Source of the DNA: Mobula hypostoma
Taxonomy: Eukaryota
Reading direction: 5' to 3'
NCBI RefSeq assembly: GCF_963921235.1
Contig: NC_086097.1
Location: 251,970,001 to 252,034,000 of the forward strand
DNA length: 64,000 nucleotides
This document shows positions 37,102 to 49,739 of this stretch, one piece after another (position 1 is the first letter of the stretch; the number at the start of each line of letters is the position of its first letter). The notes below the pieces were generated by a model. That model saw nothing but the letters and a program-made list of their open reading frames with translations. It made no database searches and was not told where the DNA came from. A program made the translations under genes and the position numbers.

Positions 37102-37564
37102 CTGTTCCCTCCAAAGCCTTACCACTCTGACTCAGACCATTCCAACGATGACCACTGCACTAGACAGTACCTCTCTATGGAGACTGAGTTTTTCAAGCTC
37201 CGCTCCAGACTTGCGCAGGAACGCTTCTACTGTGTCTGCGATGCTGTCCATCAAAGGTGGGGGTCCTCGATGATGGGTGGTGCTTTCTTGCAGCAGTGCT
37301 TCTTGTAGATATGCTCAGTGGTGGGCAGGGCTTTACCTGTGATGGACTGAGCTGTGAGGCCTTTCAGTTTCTTCGGTATTAATATTTGCACACCAGCCAT
37401 GGTGCAACCAGTCAGGATACATTTTGTGTGTGTTGCTCAACCCTTCCAGCATCTGCAGAATCTCTCGTATTTCCTTCTAGTTAAAATAGTTTTAAAGGCC
37501 AGAATGAAAACCGTTAACTCGTGGTTCAGGTGAGTTGACTTTTACATACGATTGTATTTTCAAG

Positions 37565-37698
37565 CATCACCCAGTGTCAGTATTGGTCAGTTGGAACACC
37601 AGCTCATCTTAACGGTTGACCCGGGGAGGATTCGACAGATTTTGATTGAACTACATGGGATGACGTCAGATCGGCAATTCTGGACGGTTTCCAATAAG
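37565..37698 (+). CDS. INTS8: INTS8 coding exon (~exon 13)
   Basis: tttcaag|CA...AATAAG|gtaga. Encodes (A)SPSVSIGQLEHQLILTVDPGRIRQILIELHGMTSDRQFWTVSNK. Confidence 0.95.
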
Positions 37699-37778
37699 GT
37701 AGATAACTGCACTTTTCAGAATGGTGCTGGATTATTGTAAGTAATCTTCAAGTTTTGATCAGACTGTTTTTGTTTCAG

Positions 37779-37889
37779 TGGGAAGTGCCAACAGTTTATG
37801 GTGGAGTTATCCTTGGAATTAAGGATAATCTGACCAGGGATTTGGTATACATACTGATGGCTAAAGGTCAACATTGCATTATGATCAAG
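37779..37889 (+). CDS. INTS8: INTS8 coding exon (~exon 14), after an 80-nt intron
   Basis: tttcag|TGG...AAG|gtgag. Encodes WEVPTVYGGVILGIKDNLTRDLVYILMAKGQHCIMIK. Confidence 0.95.
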
Positions 37890-39834
37890 GTGAGCTTTCA
37901 TCTGTATAGTTTGTAAAAACACAAAAATATAAACATCATGGCTCCAAATGTAGTGATTTAGGGGCAGCAAGTGAGCATGGTGGTTAGTGTAATTTTTAAT
38001 AGTGCCAGTGATTGGAAGATTAGGGTTTACTGTTTACCTGTGCTGCAGACTTCATGTGCATTCTGAAGTATATTTTATTAATGCGTTAGTATTTTGTTTT
38101 CTGTGGTGTGTGCGATACATGATGTGTGGGTGCACCGTGGTCCAGAGGAACATTGTTTCATTTGGTTGTATACATGTACAGTCAGCTGGCAATGAATTCC
38201 TGCCGCTGCCTGAAAAGAGATTGTACATTCTCCCCGTCGCTCTAGTTTCCTCCCAAAGATGTACAAGTTAGGGTTAGTGAGATATGGGCATGTTGTGGTG
38301 ACACTGGAGGCATGGTGACGGTTGAGGGTTTACCCCAGCACATTCTCAGACTGTGTTGGTCATTGACGCCATTGAAACATTTCACTGTATGTTTAAATGT
38401 AATTTTGACAAATGAAGCAAATCTTTTTTCAATCTTTTATAGCCTGTGTCTTCACTTTGCATTGATATTCCATGGTGGTATTCTTCTGGTGGTGTAAGCT
38501 TTGTTTTACATTTTGCAAATTACTCTGCATTTCCATGATGTTTAAATGGAATATATCTGTCACCGTATACAACCCTGAGATTCATTTTCCTGTGGGCATA
38601 CTCAGGAAGTCTATAGAGTAGTAACTACAACTGGATCAGTGAAAGATCAAACATAGCACAGAAGATTTAAAAAACTGTGCAAATGCAATTATAAATAAGT
38701 CGCAATAAATAATGAGAACATGAGATAAAGAGTTCTTAAAGAGATAGCATTGGTGGTGGGACCATCTCAATGGATGGGGCAAGTGAGTGTAGTTATCCTC
38801 TTTTCTTCAAGAGCCTGATGGTTGAGGGGTAGTAACTATTCTTGAATCTGGTGGTACGAGTCCCGAGCTCTTGTGCTCAGTGGTTGGGAGGGCTTTACCA
38901 GTGATGTACAGGGCCTCTTGTAGGATTTGGTGTTCAAAGACATGGGTGTTCCCATACCAGCCTGTGATACAGCCAGTCTTACTTTATTCATTTGTTTAGA
39001 GATAAAGGGCAGAACAGGCAATCGCATCGCCCAGCAACCCACCAATTTAACCCAAACCTTATTGCAGGACAATTCGCAATGACCAACTAACCTACCAACT
39101 AGTACGTCTTTGGATTGTGGGAGGAAACTAGAGCACTCAGCGGAAAGCCACGGGGTCACAGGGACGTCTGGAATTGAAAAGGCCGCTGGAATTGAACTCC
39201 ATACTCCGCCTGAGCTGAAATATCAAAGCGCTAACTGCCACGTTGCCATGGTGCCCATTTTCCAGTTCTTTCACAATCACTATGACAGACTTCAAATCTA
39301 CTCTAACACAGAGGTTCCCGAGCGAACTAGGGACCACAGACCGCTTGCTTAATGGCATTGTTCCATGGCATAATAGGTTTGGGAATCCCTGCTTTAACTG
39401 CTTAGGATTTTGCAACATATTTAGGAGAAATGGGGCATAGAATTGTCTTTCCATTTAAGTAGTAATATAGCCCAAAAGCAGGCCCTTCTAGGCCATGCCT
39501 GTCCTAGCGTGTGAAGTCAGCTCCAGCAGCCTGGTTCAGATGAGATCTACAGGGAGATCTGATGGCCAGGAAGGCAGTACTGCACGCTTTCTGGAGAGCG
39601 AAGGGTATGAGAAGGCACAGAAGTCATGGTCATCCACTGCATTCAAGGAAGACCCCAGTTTGTGACGACTACTCGTACCACTGGACCCAGACTTCTGAGG
39701 TCGAGAGAGTGCAACAGCTTTTCCACTTTTAAAAACTGTCCCACGCAGGTTTCTTGTCATCGTTAAACATGATAGACAATCACCATTCAGCAGATGTTTA
39801 GATGTGAGATGAAACCACAGCACTAGGAGACACC

Positions 39835-40212
39835 TCTCTGACAGTGGTGTCTGAAAAGAAGATGCTGTCTAAGTTGCATGCCATCTTGGACAATGTCTCC
39901 CATCCACTACATAATGTACTGGGTGGGCACAGGAGTACATTCAGCCAGAGACTCATTCCACCAAGATGCAGCACAGAGCGTCATAGGAAGTCATTCCTGC
40001 CTGTGGCCATCAAACTTTACAACTCCTCCCTTGGAGGGTCAGACACCCTGAGCCAATAGGCTTGTCCTGGACTTATTTCATAATTTACTGGCATAAATTA
40101 CATATTACTATTTAACTATTTATGGTTCTATTACTATTTATTATTTATGGAGCAACTGTAACATAAACCAATTTCCCCCGGGATTAATAAAGTATAACTA
40201 TGACTATGACTA
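39835..40212 (+). mobile_element. Rex1/Babar-type 3' fragment, subfamily B
   Basis: ORF 39844-40059 nearly identical to 24133-24348; (GACTAT)n tail. Confidence 0.8.
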
Positions 40213-41235
40213 AACCCATGTGGCCACAGGAGAATATATAAAGTCCATGCTCAAGATCAGGGTGAAGCCAGAATCCCTGGAGCTGTGAAGCAGCTATACT
40301 AACTGCACTGCTGCGCCATTTTACTTTCATTCTGTCAGTAGGTCCAGAGATTATATTATTGACACTCAACCATAGCTTCCCTGCCCCTTGGCCAGGAAAG
40401 TTCACCTTGTGGGAATTGATTGCAATTCTGAGAACCAGACTTTGTGATAGGCTGTGGAAAAGATCCTTAAAAACACATCAGGCAGCCATTCAGATTGGTG
40501 CCCCTCTCTTTACTTCCACACTCTTCTAAAACCCATTTTCTCTCAGATCCCCATCAACCCCCTTTAATTCATTTTGCCACTACCGTGCAGTAAGTAAAGA
40601 CATACTGACGAGCTCTGTGTTCATAGAGTGAAGTGTGTTATTTGCCTCAAATCAAACCAGTGAGGATTGTGCCACTGGTAGCCTGCTAGCGTCGCCTTGC
40701 TTCTGGCACTAACATAGATGGCATCCACAACTCACTAACCCTAACCCATGGGAGGACACCAGAGCACACAGAGGAAACCTTTGTGGCTTACGGGGGAGCG
40801 TACAGACTCCTTACAGAAAGTAGTGGGAATAGAATCCCGATCAGCAGTCACTGGTGCTGTAAAGCATTTGTGCTAACTGCTATGCTGTTGTGCCCCCCCC
40901 CACCCCAATGTAAAGAAGCAACTTACAGTGGCCAATTAACCTACCAGCACGAGGGAAGAAGCTGATACGATCGCAGAGCGAAGATCACGGACTCAGCCTT
41001 TCTAAGAACTGAGCCTGGCTCTGTGGAGTTCAAGCAGCGCTAATCATCATGCCAGCCACCAATCCAAAAACTGGACTATTGAAGATAGTGAACTACACGT
41101 TGAGCTTCACTTACACGAAATGCTGGGGGCCGGAAGTGTTTCCGATTTCAGATTTTGGAATATTTTCATCTTTATAATGAGCTACCTTGGGAACGGGACC
41201 CCCGGTTACATTATACGTACAGCTCCTCTCCTATT

Positions 41236-41756
41236 ATGGGGGTCCCCAACCTTTTTTGCACCGCAGATCGGTTAAATATTGACAATATTCTTGCGGACCA
41301 GCCGACAGGGTGGGGGGTGTTCAAGTAGGGTTGCCAACTTTCTCACTCCCAAATAAGGGACAAAAGTAGCAGTCAAATACGGGACACTTGTGTTTACCCC
41401 GAGAAAGACTACCATGACCATGAAGCCTTGTGCAGGCACCTGTGTGCGTATGCGTGTACGTGCCGATTTCTTTTTCTACAAATCGGTTTTGGCTTAATCT
41501 TCCTGATTCTGTTAAGTGAAACTACACTGTACATACATTATTTCTACTTTATATAGGCTGTGTATTTATCATATCATTCCTGCTTTTACGATATGTTAGT
41601 GTCATTTTAGGTTTTATGTGTTATTTGGTATGATTTGGTAGGTTATTTCAAGTTCAACAGTGTGTGACAGGGAATGAGGAAAGGTGCAACTGACTCATAT
41701 CGTTTCCTCGCAGCCTGGTAGCACATGCTTTGCGGCCCAGTGGTGGGGGACTACTG
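41236..41756. mobile_element. hAT-like MITE
   Basis: Terminal inverted repeats GGGGTCCCCAACC / GGTGGGGGACTACTG; related end GGTTGGGGACCACTG at 46823-46838. Confidence 0.6.
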
Positions 41757-41915
41757 TCCTATTAGATTCTTTCTTCTCCAGCCCTTTTCCTCTCCTACCC
41801 CCCTGGCTTCACCTATCACCTTCCAGCTAGCCTGTTTCCCCTCCCTCACCTTTTTATTCTGGCATCTTCCCCCTTCTATCTCAGTCCTGAAGAGTCTCGG
41901 CTTGAAATGGCAATA

Positions 41916-42533
41916 GTTTAAAGGTTCAAAGGTACAATTTAATGTCAGAGAAATGTGTACAATATACATCCTGAAATGATATTTTTCTTGCAACCATCCA
42001 CAAAAACAGGGGAGTGCCCCAAAGAATGAAGGACAGTTGAATGTTAGAACCCCAAAGTCCCCCCCCCCAGCTTCCCCCTCCTGCACATAAGCAACAGTGA
42101 GCAACAAACCCCTCTTCCTCCCCTCCCACCAGCCAAAAAAAGCATCGGCAGCACCACCGAGCACTCAAGCATGAGCAAAGCAGTAGCAAAGGCACAGATC
42201 ACAATGACCCCGGGTCTCCAGGCACGCAGTCGCAGATAACCCGACTCTCCCGATGACACCGACTCTCGATCTGCCCGTCTCCAGAGCCCCGAGATCCTAG
42301 GCTTCCAAATCCGAGCCGGACTCTTCGGCCGAGCCTTTGGGTCGGTCATGAAACCCCGAGAGCTGATCCCATTCCCACAGAAAACCACAGTCAGCGTGTA
42401 ACTCCAGGTCAGGGTCTTCAAAAGAACCCTGAAAGGGAAAAACAAAGATATTAAAGATGGAAATAGAGCTGTTTCCGCAGATGAGCAAAGGAGTCACAGT
42501 TGGGCGCCATTAACCCTCCTAAGCTCCACCTAA
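41916..42533 (-). mobile_element. Non-autonomous element, family A, copy 3, nested in a PLE 3' fragment
   Basis: Colinear with 3828-4633; splits a PLE piece (41757-41915 and 42540-42590) just past its degenerate hammerhead. Confidence 0.75.
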
Positions 42534-42584
42534 AGGGTTATTGTTTTCCATAGATGCTACCTGACCTGCTGAGTTCCTCCAACA

Positions 42585-42602
42585 CTGTGTGTGTGTGTGT
42601 GT

Positions 42603-42638
<36 letters not shown>
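42585..42638. repeat. (TG)n microsatellite
   Basis: Direct reading; extends the GTGTGT of the PLE 3' end. Confidence 0.95.
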
Positions 42639-44283
42639 TTTCTGCTGTGATTGGCTGAGACTAGAACTAGAAGTGGTGGATATGGGTTCGATTTCACCAT
42701 TTAAGAGAAGTTGGAGAGGTACAGAAGGGTATGGTCCAGGTACAGGGCAATGGATCTAGCCAGAGTATCATGTTGACATGGACAAGATGGGCCAAAAGTC
42801 CTGTTTATGTGCTGTACTGTTCTATGACTATGAATAATGATAGTTTCCAGACATCTTCAAGGAGCGAAGCCCCAAAAAGATGGCATCCATCAGTAAGGAC
42901 CCCATCACCCAGGACATGCCCTCTTCTCATTGCTACCATCAGAAACCTGAAGACACACACTCAACGATTAGGAACAGCTTCTTCTTCCCTTCTGCCATCT
43001 GATTTCTAAATGGACTTTGAACCCATGAACACTACCTCACCATTATATTTTGGCACTACTTATTATTCAGTATGTCATATATATACTTACTGTAATTCAC
43101 AGGTTTTTTCTCCCTCTATTGCTATGCAATGCATTGTACTGCTGCCACAAAGTTAACAAATTTTACAACATATGCAGGTGATGTTAAACTTGTTTCTGAC
43201 TCTGAGAATAGTACATTTAAGCACTGTAGTCCACCTGTGTACAAGTGATAGGAGTATATTTAGGGGAGTGTGATGAGTGAATATTGACTAACTTAAATCT
43301 GTTGTGATCACTATCTTCACGTCTTCCACCCATAATAACTCAAAGACTTGAACTCCATTTTTAATCGTGTTGTGATCTTTTCAAAGTCTGATGGTAGTGT
43401 GTTTGCACTGCACAGTGGGTCATACAGAAAGGTACCACAGCAATTTTTCACTCAGATATGTAGAAATTTTCTTGCCTTAATGTAGCAATCAATGTACGAG
43501 GAAAAGTTAAAATAGTTGATCTTGAAGTAGGTTAAAAGGTCGGTAAAACATTGTGGGCGAAAGGGCCTGTACTGTGCTGTACTGTCCTCTGTTCTATGGA
43601 ACACAAGACAAAATAAATCTATTAAAGTACTAACAAGAAACCCTTTTTATTATTTTATAGTTATTATTGTCAAACAGTAATGCCCCTAGTATCTGTATCA
43701 TTTAGAGTCACGGAGGTATAGAGCGGTTACAGACCCTTCACACCAACCAGCCCATGCATTGCCATACATAATCATAAGGAACTATAAATTACAATAAGAA
43801 TCATATTTTTAAAAATAAATTGAGTAGTGCTAAAAGAGAACAAATAAAGAAAAAAAGTAGAGGTAGTGTATGTGGGTAAATTGTCCATACAGATGACAGA
43901 GGAGGAGAAGCTGTTCCTGGAACGTTGAGAGTCCTGTACCTCCTCGTGAGCAGTGAGAAAAGGGCATGTCCTGGGTGATGGGGGTCCTCAATAAAGGATG
44001 CCTCCTTTTTGAGGCATCGCTTTTGAAGATGGGCCGTTATTTAGGGAGATTAGTGCCCACGATGGAGCTGGCTGAATTTACAACTTTATGTGGCTTTTTC
44101 CGATCCTCTGTGTTTAGTTATATTGTGCCTGATGTAGGGATTTTCTGGTACACTGTAATTCCCTGAGCAAGAGCTGCAATGTGCTATCAGGTTTTTGTTT
44201 TACACTAGTTTTTTTGTTTACTCCATTTGGAGTGACTTGTTCCTTTTTGAGTAAAAATTTTCAATTACCTCGTTCTCATTCAG

Positions 44284-44485
44284 GATTTTGCCCATGCAAG
44301 GCAGCTCTATTCTACCTGCCTGGAACTGGTTACGGAATTTTCCCCAAAACTCCGGCAGGTTATGCTCAATGAGATGTTACTCCTGGAAATCAGTGCCCAC
44401 AAAGCAGAGACAGAAAGTGCAGGAGAACGCCCACCGGCCGACCTTGTGAGCCGTGTTCGAGGTTACCTTGAGATGAGAATACCAG
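44284..44485 (+). CDS. INTS8: INTS8 coding exon (~exon 15)
   Basis: attcag|GAT...CCAG|gtaac. Encodes DFAHARQLYSTCLELVTEFSPKLRQVMLNEMLLLEISAHKAETESAGERPPADLVSRVRGYLEMRIP. Confidence 0.95.
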
Positions 44486-45560
44486 GTAACGAAGTTTTTG
44501 TTTCACAGGCTTTCAAAATATAAAGCGTAGCACAATGTTTCCACACCACTCGATCTTCATGATAATATTGACTTTGTATAAGAAAAACAGATCACCACTT
44601 GTATTCCTCCCTGTTAAGGGGAATGCCATGTGATAGAATGAGACCTGAAAAGGCACCTTAGCCCAAAATGTTGACTGTTTATACCTCTCCATAGATGCTG
44701 CCTGACCTGCTGAGTTTCCGCTAGCATTTTGTATGTGTTTCCGGTTTCTGTGGAATTTCTTGTGTTTATGATAGAACTCCTTTCCTTCCTTAAGGACTTC
44801 TGGTCCACTCCATAATGAAGACCATAGAGATCTTTGACCAGGTCACAACTTCATCTTCAGCAGCAATGTTTTGTGTGTGAGAATATCGTTTGAGAAAGGA
44901 GAAGGAGGAACATCAAGATATTTCTGTAGGTAGGTGACCAAAACTGGTCACAGTGCTCCAAACTAGGCCTTATACAATTTCAACATAACATCCCAGCTCC
45001 TGTACTCAATATGTTGATTTATGAAGGCCAGGGTACCAAAAGCTTTCTTTATGACCCTAAGTACATCAACATTAAAGATTAGATGCAAAAAAAAATTGAA
45101 ATTGAAAAGGATTAGAGCTGGGATCAGAGGGCAGAAGTGCGTAGAGGAAAGAAGATGGTGGGGTTTTCAGTGGATGATTGGGAGGAAGATGGAGTCTCCA
45201 AAGACCCAAGAGCTGATGGTGGGGCCAGAGACACTGGATTGTAGAGTGGTGGTGGTGGAAAGAGAGACTGGGGTCCCGCGGCAGTGCGTGGTCTCGGTCT
45301 GGAGGTCCTGGTGGTCAAGGCCCAGGCTTGTGCCAGAGCCAGATGCCACGCAGTCTGAAGTTGTCTAGGGTCGTGGGAGCTGGCATTGATGGCAGTGGAA
45401 TCCGGCTTCTGGAGGCACTGGGGGTTGGAACCAGTGTTGGCGATAGTGGTGTCGCGGTAAGGCCCAGAGTGGTCGGGGCTGGGGATGGAGTCGGCGAGAT
45501 CCGTAATCTGGGGGCGTCCAGCGCCATTGCAGTTGGAGACGGCAGGATCTGTGGTCTGGA

Positions 45561-46375
45561 AGTCAAGTCAAGTCAAGTCACTTTTATTGTCACTTCGACC
45601 GTAACTGCTGGTACAGAACACAGTAAAAACGAGTCAATGTTTTTCAGGACCATGGTGCTACATGGAACAATACAAAAACTACACTGAACTATGTAAAACA
45701 ACACAAAACTACACTAGACTACAGATCTACCCCAGACTGCATGAAGTACACAGAACAGTGCAGGCATTACAATAAATAATAAGCAAGACAATAGGCACAA
45801 CGGAGGGCAGTAGGTTGGTGGTCCGATGGCTTGGAGGAAAAACTGTTACATAAATAAACAGCTGAATGGCGGCGTCCGGGATTCCGTCCGTTTCTGTACT
45901 CCCGCCGAGTATTTCGTTGGAGTCGGATGTCGTCCAATTTAATGTCCATTGGAGAGCAGAATGGACGGGAGAGCTGGCTGCCTAGGGTTTGCTTTTTTCC
46001 TGGCACGGACTCCTGCCCGCTCGCCTCACTTCCGCTTCCTCACACACCGCTCATGACATCCCCACCTCCGGCCACTGGCGTCAGGCTGTGCACTGGCACT
46101 GGCATCACTCCGAGGACTGTAGGCCCGACTCCCTCAGCAAGCCGAGGTCACGCAATTTAACCAGCAGATCTTCATGAAGGTTTGTTTTTGGGCGATCTCT
46201 GTATTGTAGCAGTATCTGGCGATGGTAGATAGTCGCTCTGTTATCCATTGCCCTAAACCCTAATTGTGCCTTAAAATTAAATTAAGAAACTAAATTAAAG
46301 TAGCACCAGATCCGAAAGGCTGCTGCTGCCCTGCTGGATCTACCGATCCTTGCTGGACGTGAGACAGGCGAAGAA
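45561..46375 (-). mobile_element. LINE-derived element with (GACTT)n tail and CpG-rich 5' portion
   Basis: AAGTC x4 at 45561-45580; 3' part matches 23625-23808 (+). Confidence 0.6.
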
Positions 46376-47217
46376 CCAGCAGTTGTACTGTACTGCAGAA
46401 AAAAAACATGACATACAGTTGCAAAAAAAAAGTTTGCGAACTGGTTACAATTACCTGCTTTCCTGCATTAATTACTCATAACTTGAAACAGATGTGGGTC
46501 TCTTTTGTGGATTCAGCGGGAAGGGGGCAGGGAGGGAGGGATTGTGGTTGAGAAAAAGGGAAGGGAGAAGGGAAGGAGTGGGAAGCACCAGAAAGACATA
46601 CTATAATAACAAAATGCCGAAGGAACTCAGCAGGCCAGGCAGCATCTGTGGAAAAGTGTAAACACTCGACATTTTGGGCCGAGACCCTTCATCAGGACAT
46701 TTACGTGCTGGGTGGCACCTAATTAATTAGCTTGTTTATTTTGGCTTTTTTCTTAAAAATGTGCTGTGTGCCTCCTGGCTACCGTGGCATTCTTCGCAGC
46801 AATGTATTGGTCCGCAGCCCAGAGGTTGGGGACCACTGCTCTAATGAATACAGTCCAAGAGCTGGCAAACACTCCTCATATGTTAGCCCCTGCATTCCAG
46901 GAATCATCCTTGTAAATCTTCTCCGAACTCTCTCCGACATCAGTATATCCTTTCTAAGATAGGGGGCCCAAAACTGCACACAGTATTCCAAATGAGGTCT
47001 CACTAATGCCCCATAGAGCCTCATCAACACCTCCTTACTCTTATACACTATTCCTCTTGAAATGAGGAGCTCTCCGCTCCACGTTGACAAACAGTGCTTA
47101 TGACTTTTGCACAGAACTGTATGTATTGCAATCTACTTCTGCCGTAAAACAACAAATTTCACAGCATATGCCAGAGATATGAAACCTCATTCTGATTATA
47201 CAGCAAGATGGAATGAG

Positions 47218-47308
47218 GAAGGCTCTCGGCCCAAAACGTCGACTGTACCCCTCCCTATTGGTGCTGCCTGGCCTGCTGCATTCACCAGCAACTTTTATGT
47301 GTGTTGTT
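47218..47308 (+). mobile_element. 91-bp mini PLE insertion beginning inside the hammerhead core
   Basis: 12-bp TSD AGATGGAATGAG at 47206-47217 and 47309-47320. Confidence 0.85.
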
Positions 47309-47553
47309 AGATGGAATGAGACTCTTTTTGCTTTGGGTAATCTTTTGATCCAGTAATCACTATGTCATCAGATTGACTGTTAAACCTTTTGTAACTTCCA
47401 AGACTAACATCCTTTCTTTCATCACCAAGATTCATTGAGAATTGCATTGTTAATTCTGGATTTTATGACTAAAATACTGTAGTTGTGATTAATAATGGTT
47501 TACCTGTCCATTTATGCCAATTTCAATGTATTAATTTCTTTCAAATGTTTCAG

Positions 47554-47675
47554 ACATTCCATTGCGACAAATTATAACAGAAGAGTGTGTTGCCTTCATG
47601 TTGAACTGGAAGGAACACGAATATCTGACACTTCAAATTCCTGCACCCCTTACCCAGAACAATCCATTTGTGAAG
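47554..47675 (+). CDS. INTS8: INTS8 coding exon (~exon 16)
   Basis: tttcag|AC...AAG|gtaac. Encodes (D)IPLRQIITEECVAFMLNWKEHEYLTLQIPAPLTQNNPFVK. Confidence 0.95.
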
Positions 47676-48662
47676 GTAACTGGACTTCTATTCATTGGTG
47701 CTTGATGAACAAAAACATATTGCATGTTTTTGTGGAAAAAGGGGATTAAAGAGATGCAAATGATTGTTAATCTGATGTTAACTCATTCAACGTGGTGTTA
47801 ATAGCACATTAAAAAAATTCAGGCACTTGCACACAAAATGCCGAAACGTCGACTGTACTTTTTTCCATAGATGCTGCCTGATCTCCTGAGTTCCTCCAGC
47901 ATTTTGTGTATGTTGCTCGGATTTCCAGCATCTGCAGATTTTCTCTCATTTGCAGATTAAAGCATTTTGGAATTTCAACCATCAACAAAGAATTAGTTAA
48001 TTGAAATGCTTTTCTGTCTGTAGTGACCAGAAGATAACTCCTGGTGAAACATTTTAAAACAATTAAATGGTATTTATTTGTTTATTTGTTGAGCTAACAG
48101 TGTGGAATAGGCCCTCTCAGTCCTTCAAGCCACGCCACCCAGCAATCCCCAATTTAAACCGAGCTCAATTACAGGACACAAGAAAATTAGCAGATGTTGG
48201 AAATCTAGAACAACACACTCAAAATGCTGGAGAAACTCAGCAGGTTGGGCAGCATTTGAGGAGAGAAATAAACAATCAATGTTTCAGGCAACAACTCTTC
48301 ATTAGCTCCTCCAGCATTTTGTGTGTGTTACTCTGGATTTCCAGTATCTACAGAATCCCCGTGACTGTTATTTGGCCATATTGGTGGTGTTGTTAAAGTC
48401 ACTTCCGGTCACTGGATACTTGCAGGGTGGCCCTCAGCTTAACTTGACATTGTTTTGCTTGTTAACAGAAACAAAGCATTTCGCTGAATGTTTTAGTGAA
48501 AGGTCAGAGAGGGCCACTTGAAATGATCTACCCTTTGGATAGGATGTAATGAACATAAAGAATAATCCAATGAGCTGATTTCAACGTTTCATACCTTCTC
48601 GGTTAAGTATGATGCTGAATAAACTTCATTGTTGATCATTGTGCCTCTTGTGTATCCTGTAG

Positions 48663-48847
48663 CTGGGACAACTCTTGGCTGCAACCTGCAAAGAGCTACC
48701 TGGCCCAAAAGAAAGCAGAAGAACTGCTAAAGACCTTTGGGACGTAGTTGTTCAAATCTTCTGTTTATCTAATCAGCACAAACGGGTTAATGATGGAAGA
48801 ATCAGTTTAATAAAATACCGAGAATCCACGCTGGGGATCATGAAGCG
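48663..48847 (+). CDS. INTS8: INTS8 coding exon (~exon 17)
   Basis: ctgtag|CTG...AAGCG|gtaac. Encodes LGQLLAATCKELPGPKESRRTAKDLWDVVVQIFCLSNQHKRVNDGRISLIKYRESTLGIMK(R). Confidence 0.96.
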
Positions 48848-48979
48848 GTAACAGCGTTTTCACAACCTATTTACATGGACTGTAAATGTTAATGAAATGT
48901 CAGTTACCAAATATCAAATTTGTTACATTTTGTTCATCAGATTCACAAGATTCTAATACTTCCACATCATTTCTATGTA

Positions 48980-49574
48980 CAGTGGATTCCGGTTAATTGG
49001 GACCAGTATATTTTGGCCCAATTAGCTGAAGTTTCATGCAAATATTTTTAAAGGTACAAAAAAGACAAACTACTGTTTAACTGAGTAACAAATTATATAT
49101 TCAAATGGAATAGAGAACAAATTAGAACACTGCCAATACTATTACCGTACTATAAAACTGTGTATTAGTTCCTGATAGTTATCTGCTGAGGAATTCGTCC
49201 AGTGTACTCTACCATTCTTCGATTGGCTGTAAATGAACAAAATCAGCACAGACTCTTGGTACAGATAATGGACTGGCTTCATACAGTGCTTTTGACAACT
49301 ATCAGTGACAAAAGTCACTGCTTTTGGCAAACAAGCACACATGACTGATGCTATTTAAATCTGTTCACTCGAAGCGCAGTGTAGTGCTAATAGTGACAGA
49401 AGTGCATGTGACTGAGACGAATTAGAAGCTGATCAGCAACAGTCTCCTGTCCCATTTAAGCAGAATATTGTCTGAGTCCTGGCTGTTTTCTTGATTAGTA
49501 TTTGTTCTTTGAGAGCTATCCCAAGTAAATGGTTGTCCCCATTAACCAATGGCCCAATTATCCAGAATCCACTG
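48980..49574. mobile_element. Tc1/mariner (Tigger-like) MITE
   Basis: TA|CAGTGGATTCCGGTTAATTGGG ... CCCAATTATCCAGAATCCACTG|CA; partial copies at 11140-11315 and 21022-21080. Confidence 0.75.
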
Positions 49575-49739
49575 CATCAAATTTGTCAAGTTTTGTTTAT
49601 CAGATTCACAAGAGATTCTGCAGATGCTGGAATCTGTAGAATCTCCTGTGTTAATGACTTGCTGCTCCACTGTGAAATCCTACCCTGAAGAAGTTTAAAT
49701 CTTCTCTTTGACAGGAGTTCAGTGAGACCCTCCCTCACT

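Noticed and set aside
45021..46177. GC-rich overlapping ORFs as a nested gene
   Set aside because: No splice signals or recognisable domain; the region overlaps repeat-like sequence with an (AAGTC)n tail.
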